Shown piece after piece: positions 49,189 to 57,121 of a DNA stretch of 64,000 nucleotides. Numbering within the stretch: position 1 is the stretch's first letter; each line of letters opens with the position of its first letter. The position numbers and the translations under genes were made by a program. Location of the stretch: IMG/VR virus record IMGVR_UViG_3300023257_000007, positions 186,001-250,000 of that record. One strand, written 5' to 3'. The notes beneath the pieces were generated by a model. The model did no database searches and was not told where the DNA came from. It saw nothing but the letters and a program-made list of their open reading frames with translations.

Positions 49189-49375
49189 AGAACTAGAATT
49201 AACAGGAAAACAAGTAAAACTCATATCAATGGATGACCCTTATACTAAATTGAAAAATGGAGATAAAGGTATAATAATCTTTGTCGATGATATAGGTCAA
49301 ATACATGTACAATGGGACAATGGATCATCACTTGCATTAATACCAGGTGAAGATAAGTATGAAATATTAGATTGA
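49181..49375 (+). CDS. DUF4314-like protein
   Basis: V.L..MDDPY..L..GDKG....VDDIGQIHV.WDNGSSLALIPGED. Confidence 0.85.
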   Translation: MNKELELTGKQVKLISMDDPYTKLKNGDKGIIIFVDDIGQIHVQWDNGSSLALIPGEDKYEILD

Positions 49376-49521
49376 TGGAACTTCCAGAAATGGGCGCTAT
49401 TTCGAGCATAAGATGTGAATTGCCCTGATATCTCTGCAGACAAACCCCTATAAGGGGAGAGAAAATTAGCATTCTTCCATCATTTTTAATCTTTGAATAA
49501 TTTCCATATCTTTACATAAGT

Positions 49522-49574
49522 AAAGGGCGGGAATTTTTTAGGTTCTGGAAGAGTAGACTCTAATTTATGATATA
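49522..49574 (+). ncRNA. Five-copy small RNA candidate, copy C
   Basis: AAAGGGCGGGAA...GGAAGAGTAGACTCTAATTTATGATATA after a TATCTTTA promoter. Confidence 0.55.
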
Positions 49575-49640
49575 TTCACCCCAATTTTTTATATTCAATA
49601 ATTATCCGTATATTTATACAAAATTAAAAAACCTAAAGAA

Positions 49641-49827
49641 ATGAAAAAAAAAATATTTAACACAAAAATTAGAAGAATTAACAACTCGGACTTATAAATA
49701 TAAAAGGACTAAACTTGATGTAATTATGTTTAAACTTAAAGAAGCATTAAGTAATGATGAATTGGCAGATCTATTAGAAATCAGATTAGTAGATATTTTA
49801 GAAGGACAGAAATTGGGTCTATTGTAA
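49641..49827 (+). pseudogene. KMGLL-tag gene frameshifted in an A10 run
   Basis: Removing one A gives MKKKYLTQKL...ILEGQKLGLL; may be a sequencing error. Confidence 0.65.
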
Positions 49828-49884
49828 TTTTTAATTCTTGAAAGATATCCTTATCTTTGTATAAACAATTAAAGATAAAATATC

Positions 49885-50076
49885 ATGGCAAAAAGAAAAA
49901 GAAAAAGAACAAAAAAAATCAAAGAATTTAAAATAACTTTAGATGACTTTCTAAAAGCTAATCGTATAGGATCTAGAGAGGCAGAATTAGAACAAAATGG
50001 AACTGGTTGGAAATCTAATCGAAAAGCATATAAAAATAAAAAATCATATTCACGCAAAGATAAACACAGAAATTAA
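49885..50076 (+). CDS. Small basic protein, ArfA-like ribosome rescue factor candidate
   Basis: ITLDDFLKANR..SRE.E; C-terminal KNKKSYSRKDKH resembles ArfA KNKKGKGSY.RKGKH. Confidence 0.5.
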   Translation: MAKRKRKRTKKIKEFKITLDDFLKANRIGSREAELEQNGTGWKSNRKAYKNKKSYSRKDKHRN

Positions 50077-50278
50077 TGGAATTCAATCAATTATCATATC
50101 AAATAATAGTTACGATGAATTAATGGAAGAACTTAAAGGTTTTATTGATTTTAAAGAAAATGATAGTTTACGACCGAATATCGTGACTATAAACAAGATT
50201 TTAAAGCAACATGGGATCATTATGAAGTTTATAAACGTAAAGTTATATGGGATAGTAATGATTATATATTTAATATGA
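50076..50278 (+). other. Short hypothetical ORF region, start uncertain
   Basis: 3' part of track ORF 49997..50278; its 5' part overlaps 49885..50076. Confidence 0.3.
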
Positions 50279-50345
50279 ATGAACAGTCTATTAAAGAAAT
50301 AATTAATAAAATTAAAGAAATAATACCATATAAATTAAAACTATT

Positions 50346-50672
50346 ATGATTAAACTATTAGCAATAAAAATATATTCTAAAACAAGATTATTACAAATAT
50401 TAGATGATCTTAAAAAGAACTATAATATACATAAAACATACAATAATGATTGGGTAGGTTTTAAAGGTATAAGAGAAGGTGGTATATTTGTATATATCAA
50501 TATTGAATCAAATATAAAGTTATATGGTTGGGATTATATTTACAAAGATTATGATAAGGAATATGTACCAAGTACTATCAGCAATGGTTTAAAACACAAA
50601 ACATTAATAATAATAGATAACGATTTACCAATATCAGCAATAATAGAATCAAATAAATTTAACTTAATATAA
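50346..50672 (+). CDS. KMGLL-tag variant, subfamily F
   Basis: WVGF..I..GG.FVY like 62663; ends IESNKFNLI. Confidence 0.8.
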   Translation: MIKLLAIKIYSKTRLLQILDDLKKNYNIHKTYNNDWVGFKGIREGGIFVYINIESNIKLYGWDYIYKDYDKEYVPSTISNGLKHKTLIIIDNDLPISAIIESNKFNLI

Positions 50673-50685
50673 AAAAGGAGACAAA

Positions 50686-50964
50686 ATGATTGAAACTAAA
50701 ACAAAAGAATTAGTAATAAATAAAACAACTATTAAGAAATCATTAATAATTCATGAATGTAAAAGATGTGGAAATACACACCTAATACATATTGAATATG
50801 AGATTGAAAACATAGATACATCTTGGGAAGAAGAAATGATTGCATTCTCTGATGGTTATTGGTGTGAAAAATGTAATCATGTTATAAGTGAAGATGAAAA
50901 TCATACTTCCACTTATGTTATTACTTCATCTACAAATGATGATTTTGATATAAGAAAAATATAA
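50686..50964 (+). CDS. Zinc-finger hypothetical protein
   Basis: CKRCG ... CEKCN. Confidence 0.75.
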   Translation: MIETKTKELVINKTTIKKSLIIHECKRCGNTHLIHIEYEIENIDTSWEEEMIAFSDGYWCEKCNHVISEDENHTSTYVITSSTNDDFDIRKI

Positions 50965-50965
50965 T

Positions 50966-51049
50966 GCCAAAATGGCGAAATAGGTAGACGCGCCAGGTTT
51001 AGAACCTGGTGTCCATTAGGACGTGTGGGTTCGAGTCCCACCTTTGGTA
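50966..51049 (+). tRNA. tRNA-Leu(UAG)
   Basis: TGGCGAAATAGGTAGACGC; CCAGG-TTTAGAA-CCTGG; long variable arm; GGTTCGAGTCC. Confidence 0.92.
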
Positions 51050-51065
51050 CAAAATAATTAAAAAT

Positions 51066-51380
51066 ATGAAAAATATAGAAGAATATTATTTTATAACAAT
51101 TGAAACTAAAAAATGTAACAATGGAAATATTAATGAAATATTAGACTATTGTATAAAAATAGGACTTCAACTTCAGTATCCACGGCAAAGCTACGAAACT
51201 GATGAATATTTAGTAATGTGTTTCAAAAGTTATCATAAAGCAATTGCTAATTGTGATGCTGGTATAGTTTACGGAACTAATGATTTATTAGAAGAACTAG
51301 ATTATATGTTATCACCAGAAGAATTTTTATCTGGTGAATATGACTACTTATTCGATGCAGGAAAATTAAACTTAATTTAA
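51066..51380 (+). CDS. KMGLL-tag variant protein
   Basis: True start after tRNA-Leu; ends FDAGKLNLI. Confidence 0.75.
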   Translation: MKNIEEYYFITIETKKCNNGNINEILDYCIKIGLQLQYPRQSYETDEYLVMCFKSYHKAIANCDAGIVYGTNDLLEELDYMLSPEEFLSGEYDYLFDAGKLNLI

Positions 51381-51437
51381 AAATATAACATTTAAACTTT
51401 TTATTCCAGAATAATCTCCGTATATTTGTACTATAAT

Positions 51438-51490
51438 AAAGGCTGAGAGATTAAACTCCCCCAGAAGAGTAGACTCCAACTTGCGTTATA
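51438..51490 (+). ncRNA. Five-copy small RNA candidate, copy D
   Basis: AAAGGCTGAGAG...GAAGAGTAGACTCCAACTTGCGTTATA after a TATATTTG promoter. Confidence 0.6.
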
Positions 51491-51528
51491 TCCCCGCACA
51501 CAAGAATAATATATACCAATAAACAGAT

Positions 51529-51567
51529 TCGTGATTCGACTGCTTGCGTCAAAGCCTCGAATCACGA
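51529..51567. repeat. GC-rich hairpin
   Basis: TCGTGATTCGA/TCGAATCACGA 11-bp stem with inner GCTT/AAGC stem. Confidence 0.85.
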
Positions 51568-51801
51568 TCATGTTGATATATCTAAGTTACATGTTTAAAT
51601 TCAATTTTATTACATTTAAGTTTTTTTACCTGAAAAAAATCCGTATATTTGTATAACAAGATTGGAAATAATCTTACACTTTTCTTGAAAATTTCAAGAA
51701 ATAAAACTTTAAAAATATTTTTAATGTAAGAAAAATTTCACTATATTTGTATATAACAATTAAGAAAAATTATTTATTAACCTTTTAAAACCTTAAAGAC
51801 T

Positions 51802-52110
51802 ATGGCAAACAGAAAAGACCTTATCAATGGTATCGCATCAGCGACCGGTAAAACAAAAAAAGATTCTAAAATCGCTTTAGAAGCAATGCTTTCAATTATG
51901 AAAAAAGAATTAGGCGATGGCGGAGAAATTAAACTTGTAAATTTTGGTACCTTTAAAATCGTAGCAAGAAAAGCTCGAAAAGGAAGAAATCCTAGAACAG
52001 GTGAATCAATCAACATTCCTGCAAAGAATGTAGTTAAATTTAAAGCTGGTAAAGGCCTTAAAGAAGCGGCTGATTACACAGCAGAAGAAAGAGCTGAATT
52101 AGGACTATAA
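51802..52110 (+). CDS. hup: HU family DNA-binding protein, copy 3 (diverged)
   Basis: HU motifs; tail DYTAEERAELGL. Confidence 0.95.
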   Translation: MANRKDLINGIASATGKTKKDSKIALEAMLSIMKKELGDGGEIKLVNFGTFKIVARKARKGRNPRTGESINIPAKNVVKFKAGKGLKEAADYTAEERAELGL

Positions 52111-52129
52111 ACCTAATAATTCTATAATA

Positions 52130-52157
52130 AAAAGAGGATTTATTAATCCTCTTTTTT
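52130..52157 (+). terminator. Intrinsic terminator
   Basis: AAAAGAGGATT/AATCCTCTTTT. Confidence 0.85.
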
Positions 52158-52172
52158 ATTGCGATAAACACT

Positions 52173-52191
52173 ATTTAGATTTAGTCTAAAT
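52173..52191. promoter_or_regulatory. ATTTAGA-N5-TCTAAAT operator-like palindrome (Fur-box-like)
   Basis: Perfect 7-5-7 inverted repeat; related sites at 53953 and 54293. Confidence 0.45.
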
Positions 52192-52329
52192 AAAAATAAT
52201 AATTCAAATTATTATATTAAGAAGATTATCCCTATATTTAATAAATAAATTAAAAAATTATGCAAAAAGTAGAAATAATATTAAGTGTGGTGGATATGGA
52301 TTGTTTCATTAAAAATAATAATAACAATT

Positions 52330-52962
52330 ATGATTAAAATAGGAGAAAAGAAAATAATACATAAAGATTGTATATACTTTGAAAATAGTATATGTTTTGG
52401 AGATGGCGATACATATAGTACCGTTAAATATGAAATACCTAACAATGAAGTAGGACACAATACAATTTTACTTGCATTATTCTTAGGATATTATGATGAA
52501 TATTCAGATGGAGGTATAAAAAATCTACCAAATTGGATTCAAGATGAATTAAAAACATTAGACCTTCTAATTCTAAATAGATGGAATATAAATAAAAAAA
52601 CAAATGTTAAAGATACAGATGAAAGAGAACTTATGTATATCTTTAATGATTCTGAAGAACATTCAGGATATTTTGGTTGGGTTGATGGTACAGATATATA
52701 TTATTATGATAAAGATGGTGTATCACATGATATTGAAATATTTGGTATATCATTCGATAAACAAACTAATCATACAGCAATAGATATAATGCTTAATATA
52801 TATGCATGGTTTCTAAGTAAGTGCAAAGAAATAACAATGGAAAAATTTAAAGACTTAGTAAGATTTGAATATAGAGTAAAATTCAAGGAAATAATAGAGG
52901 ACAAACCCGAACTAAAAGACCTTAAAATTAAAATAGAAGCCGCTAACCTTGGCTTATTATAA
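52330..52962 (+). CDS. KMGLL-tag protein, GDAD/YYYD family
   Basis: FGDGD, YYYDKDGVSHDIEI; ends IEAANLGLL. Confidence 0.8.
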   Translation: MIKIGEKKIIHKDCIYFENSICFGDGDTYSTVKYEIPNNEVGHNTILLALFLGYYDEYSDGGIKNLPNWIQDELKTLDLLILNRWNINKKTNVKDTDERELMYIFNDSEEHSGYFGWVDGTDIYYYDKDGVSHDIEIFGISFDKQTNHTAIDIMLNIYAWFLSKCKEITMEKFKDLVRFEYRVKFKEIIEDKPELKDLKIKIEAANLGLL

Positions 52963-53014
52963 TATTGGTTTGCCATAACTCCAAGTTATCTGAAAATGTA
53001 CAATGAGTAGGCAC

Positions 53015-53043
53015 AACCCCACCTTTAAAGGTGGGGTTTTTTT
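53015..53043 (+). terminator. Intrinsic terminator
   Basis: AACCCCACCTT/AAGGTGGGGTT plus T tract. Confidence 0.85.
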
Positions 53044-53363
53044 ATTTAGAAGAATTTCCTTACCTTTATTTAAATTAAAAAGAAAAAATTATGTTAGAAT
53101 ATACAAAAAATGGAGTAATTATAAGTGGTCAATTTCATTCACTTGAGAGCATCATCAGAAAAGTAAACCAAATGAAGAAATTGATGAACTAACAAAGAAA
53201 TGGAAAGTATGAAAAAAGAATATGAACATACGAGAAATTAACAAATTTGGACCAACACTAATTAAATAAAGAAATGTAATTTTTTAATTAAACAAATTTA
53301 CTATTGTAAAATATAAATCATAATATTTGATATGTTAATCGGTTAAAAAACAAATTAAAAATT

Positions 53364-53825
53364 ATGATTTTAACAATAATTATTACAACCTTAGCAAGCG
53401 TATTATCAACTTTGGTGGTTGGCTATTTTATATGGTCAGGTATTAGGGCACGTAAGTTAAATCAAAAGGTCAAGGATAATACATTAAGTATTACACAAAA
53501 TGAAAGATATTGTCAAGATGCAGATGATTCACTTAGTGAATCTATAGATGAAGTGAATATTCGTGTTGATAATAATGTAAATGAATTAAGTGAAAGAATT
53601 CATTCTATGTATGGTCAGAATTCAGATAATAGAGATGAATTAGATAGAAAAATTCATAAAGAATTAGATAAAAGATTTGATAAAGTTTGGCAAACAATTC
53701 AAAATAATTCTTTATTCCAAAAGTATAATATTATAACTGCGTCGGGAAATATTGATTCAGATAAAGTTACAAAACTTGCTATTGAGAATGATGGTGAAGC
53801 CGTGAAAGATGAAGAAATAAAATAA
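53364..53825 (+). CDS. Membrane-anchored coiled-coil protein
   Basis: N-terminal TM helix. Confidence 0.8.
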   Translation: MILTIIITTLASVLSTLVVGYFIWSGIRARKLNQKVKDNTLSITQNERYCQDADDSLSESIDEVNIRVDNNVNELSERIHSMYGQNSDNRDELDRKIHKELDKRFDKVWQTIQNNSLFQKYNIITASGNIDSDKVTKLAIENDGEAVKDEEIK

Positions 53826-53894
53826 GAAATATAACTGATTAACAATCAAATATTTTTTATATTAGAAGAAAATCCGTATCTTTATACTATTAAA

Positions 53895-53941
53895 AAAGGC
53901 TGAGGATTTAAACTTCCCTAGAAGAGTAGACTTCAACATGC
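53895..53941 (+). ncRNA. Five-copy small RNA candidate, copy E
   Basis: AAAGGCTGAGGA...GAAGAGTAGACTTCAACATGC after a TATCTTTA promoter. Confidence 0.55.
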
Positions 53942-54292
53942 AAAAAATTCTTATTTAGAACCATTTTAAATAAGATCAGAATATTAAGAATTTTATTCTT
54001 ATTTACACACCCCTTCTTCGATAAACACTAACCAAAATAATTGCTATACAATTTTTATTTCTTGAAAATTTTCCGTATCCTATTACTATATCAGAATAAA
54101 AAATTCTAAGATTGAAATATATCAGAAATTTTCCTATAAGTGAATAACATAAACAGACAATTTCAGAATTACAAAAAACCTAGATATAAGACCAAAATTT
54201 TCGAATGAGAATTTAATTGAATAATTTTAAAGCCTTGAACGTGAATAACACATATTCATTATATGTAAATACGTAAAGATATAAATGCGCTT

Positions 54293-54317
54293 ATTCTTAT
54301 TTAGACTAAATAAGAAT
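54293..54317. repeat. Perfect 25-bp palindrome
   Basis: ATTCTTATTTAG-A-CTAAATAAGAAT. Confidence 0.9.
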
Positions 54318-54365
54318 TATAATAATAATTTTTATTATTAATAATAATTACTATTATAATGATAT

Positions 54366-54554
54366 ATGAGTCTTAATAGTAAATATCCTGAACAATTTCA
54401 AGTGCAAATATTTGAATCAAGAGAAGGAGATATAATAACCAACAAAATTAATAATTGGTTAGATGATAATAAAAGTAAACAAATACACGATATTAAGTAC
54501 ATTGTCGATGGTAATGGTTATATATGGTGCGTAATTGAATTTTATAATGAATAA
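54366..54554 (+). CDS. Small protein (sporulation Cse60-like pattern)
   Basis: QVQIF.......I..KIN.WL.......I.DIKY. Confidence 0.6.
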   Translation: MSLNSKYPEQFQVQIFESREGDIITNKINNWLDDNKSKQIHDIKYIVDGNGYIWCVIEFYNE

Positions 54555-54798
54555 TATAAATAAAAATACAACATTTATTAGAAAATCAGGGCTTAGTATC
54601 AAGGTTGATGAAGTAGAAGGTGTTAAATGTGTGAAAGATAATCTTGATAAAGGTAATGTAATATGGTTTCATATGAAAAGTGGAAAAACTTTATGTATTC
54701 CACAATTAGAACTAGATATTTTTAAGAAATTAGAAGAATATTTATTAAAATATTTTAATGTAACACAAATAAATGATCTATTAGATGAATCTGAATAA
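54535..54798 (+). CDS. Small PH-like hypothetical protein
   Basis: FI....L.I.VDEV.GV pattern; start may be 54547. Confidence 0.65.
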   Translation: MNFIMNNINKNTTFIRKSGLSIKVDEVEGVKCVKDNLDKGNVIWFHMKSGKTLCIPQLELDIFKKLEEYLLKYFNVTQINDLLDESE

Positions 54799-54822
54799 TA
54801 ACATACCGAATATTTCGGAATT

Positions 54823-54870
54823 ATGAAAATGTATCAATTAAAACAAGTAAAAGAAAAATTAAAATTATGA
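54823..54870 (+). pseudogene. 3' remnant of hicA toxin
   Basis: MKMYQLKQVKEKLKL* resembles the HicA C-terminal helix; TGA overlaps the hicB ATG. Confidence 0.5.
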
Positions 54871-55088
54871 AATATCTTGATTACAAAGGTTACACAGGTA
54901 GTATAGAGTATAGTGAAGAAGATAACTTGCTTTATGGAAAAGTATTAGGAATACAAGGACTTATCTCTTATGAAGGACTTACGGGAAAGGATTTAGAAGC
55001 AGATTTTAAAGAATCTATTAATGTTTATTTCGCTGATTGTAAAGCAAACAATACAAGCCCTGAAAAACCATTTAAAGGACGAATATAA
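54867..55088 (+). CDS. hicB: HicB family antitoxin, C-terminally truncated
   Basis: YKGY.GSIEYS.ED.LLYGKVLGI..LISYEG....L...FKES...Y...C......PEKPFKG; the usual RHH domain is missing. Confidence 0.85.
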   Translation: MKYLDYKGYTGSIEYSEEDNLLYGKVLGIQGLISYEGLTGKDLEADFKESINVYFADCKANNTSPEKPFKGRI

Positions 55089-55257
55089 AGGACATTTATT
55101 TAAAATTTCTGATATTGTATTGATAAAATATACTAATCAGTATGGAACAGTAATCGTATTTAAAAATAAATCAACAATAAATACATCTGATGAACGATTA
55201 TATCAGTATTTTAAAAAAATGTTAAACCCAACAAATATAGAAAATGAACTTAAATAA
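55021..55257 (+). CDS. Small PH-like hypothetical protein, 5' end overlapped by hicB
   Basis: YKGHLFKISDIVLI pattern; true start uncertain. Confidence 0.5.
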   Translation: MFISLIVKQTIQALKNHLKDEYKGHLFKISDIVLIKYTNQYGTVIVFKNKSTINTSDERLYQYFKKMLNPTNIENELK

Positions 55258-55495
55258 CAATGAAGATTTTATCTTATTATGGCATGATAATGGATATACA
55301 ACAGTTAAAATTGATCAAATATCTTATATGGTTTGGTATTATTATACTACAAGTACAAGTTATTTAAAGCTTTTTATATATTATATAAATGGAAAATATT
55401 CTGAGGTTATAATTTTTAAAAGACATTATGATGTAAATAAACCAAAATTCGAATTAGCTGGATTAGAAATACCAAGTTATGAAAAAACATCTTAA
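55244..55495 (+). CDS. Small PH-like hypothetical protein
   Basis: VKIDQISYM pattern. Confidence 0.65.
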   Translation: MNLNNNEDFILLWHDNGYTTVKIDQISYMVWYYYTTSTSYLKLFIYYINGKYSEVIIFKRHYDVNKPKFELAGLEIPSYEKTS

Positions 55496-55617
55496 ATATA
55501 AGAATAATGTCAATGTAGATGAATTTCAAATTTACCTCCGACCAGGGAGAAAACAAGTTATCAGGAAACGGAAACCTTAGATGAATATAGATTAGATAGT
55601 AATTTAAAAATTTAAAG

Positions 55618-55806
55618 ATGCAAGAAAAAATTGAAAATAAGACAACTCATAAAGCCATTGATCTTATTGAACAAGGACATTTACCTATTGATGTTGTTGA
55701 TACTCTAAAGTTAAAGAAATTATTAGTTATATCTATTGAACTTGAAAGATATAAATGTTGTCAAATGATAAAAGAAGAACTATTAAATAGAAAAGAATGG
55801 GATTAA
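55618..55806 (+). CDS. Hypothetical protein
   Basis: IELERYKCCQ.IK (UVR-like) pattern. Confidence 0.6.
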   Translation: MQEKIENKTTHKAIDLIEQGHLPIDVVDTLKLKKLLVISIELERYKCCQMIKEELLNRKEWD

Positions 55807-56126
55807 ATTATAAATACCTTAAAGTAAAAGGACAATTAATAATATTAGAAGATATTGTAAGTGTTACTAAATATATTTGTAATCCTACACTGAAAGCAGC
55901 ATGGAGTGGATATGTGATGAGAAGATTTAATACTATGGAGGAATTTAAAGAAAGTGATTATGCGGATTGTGAAGAAACTGTAATAGGTGTAAAGTATGTT
56001 TTATCTGATATTAAGTTAGTTTTTACACTAGAAGAAAAAGAAGATGCAGAGAAATGTTTTAATTTCTTAAAACAATTAGAAATTACAGATTATATTGAAT
56101 TAAAAGATATTAAAAATGAGTCTTAA
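55797..56126 (+). CDS. Small PH-like hypothetical protein
   Basis: YLKVKGQLIILEDIVSV. Confidence 0.7.
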   Translation: MGLNYKYLKVKGQLIILEDIVSVTKYICNPTLKAAWSGYVMRRFNTMEEFKESDYADCEETVIGVKYVLSDIKLVFTLEEKEDAEKCFNFLKQLEITDYIELKDIKNES

Positions 56127-56397
56127 CAACAATATTAAATACATAGAAGTTATAACTGGAACAGAATCTATTTGGATTTGTACTGAAAATATATTACAAG
56201 TTAAAAAAGAAACAAAGAACCATTATAATGGACACAATTATGTGAAGTATGCAATATTAAGAATTGTATATAAAACTAAGAATGTTAAAGTTAAAATCAG
56301 AGATATTAATATTTCTAATGAATTAAGAGATAAGTTGTGTATTGTTTTAGAAGAATATGTACTAAAGAGTGAGTACAAACAAGTAAAATTAAATTAA
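56116..56397 (+). CDS. Small PH-like hypothetical protein
   Basis: IWICTENILQV. Confidence 0.7.
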   Translation: MSLNNNIKYIEVITGTESIWICTENILQVKKETKNHYNGHNYVKYAILRIVYKTKNVKVKIRDINISNELRDKLCIVLEEYVLKSEYKQVKLN

Positions 56398-56610
56398 ATG
56401 AGCCTGAACAATAATACTAAATGGATATATGCTGATATTTCTGATTATGAAGAGAGAAATATATTGAAAATCAACAAAGAAGCGTCTTGTGCTAATAATG
56501 GATATAATATATTTTTCAAAATAATATATGTTAAGTAAATACATAACAATTGAGAAAGGAACAATTAATGAGAGAGAAAAAACGAGAGAAAAATCAACAA
56601 AGTCTATCAT
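56389..56610 (-). CDS. Possible small membrane protein in a compositionally distinct insert
   Basis: Hydrophobic 73-aa ORF against the local gene direction. Confidence 0.35.
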   Translation of the reverse strand: MIDFVDFSLVFSLSLIVPFSIVMYLLNIYYFEKYIISIISTRRFFVDFQYISLFIIRNISIYPFSIIVQAHLI

Positions 56611-56905
56611 TTATTGAAAGAATTCGTGATAGAATCCACGGAAATTGACCTCGCAGAATGACGCATATCAACGCACATATGTGACAAAAAAGTATTGATT
56701 GGGAACCCCTATACACATTTATTCGGATTTTGAACTTTATATGGTTGTTATATTTAGGTCTTTTGTTTTCTAATTTTACTTACTGTTGATGTGTGATAAA
56801 ACACATTAAAAGATTAAGAACATTGAATTTTAGATTTGACAATCAAAATTATTATTAAATCTCCGAACAACAGAATATGGTAGAGAAAAAATTAAAGGAT
56901 TTAAA

Positions 56906-57121
56906 ATGAAAAATAATTATATGATTATAGAAACAATATTTGGTGAAATGAAAATTGAAGAATATAAATATTCTGATTTTGATAAAGAAACTCAGAATTA
57001 TATTGATAGATTATGGGAAGTTGATATAGATAATTATGATGGTGATGTACTAAAAATTATGTCTGATATTGTAATTGTTGCTAAAGATAAATCTGATTAT
57101 GATCATTATATATTAAATTAA
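56906..57121 (+). CDS. Hypothetical acidic protein
   Basis: 71-aa ORF. Confidence 0.65.
   Translation: MKNNYMIIETIFGEMKIEEYKYSDFDKETQNYIDRLWEVDIDNYDGDVLKIMSDIVIVAKDKSDYDHYILN

Noticed and set aside
37836-52016. Antisense ORFs 37836..38102, 45811..46065 and 51777..52016
   Set aside because: They mirror the three HU genes; their similarity is inherited from HU conservation.
53015-53043. IS200/IS605 end hairpin
   Set aside because: Resembles such hairpins, but it is followed by a U-tract after a gene end and there is no tnpA/tnpB nearby; called a terminator.
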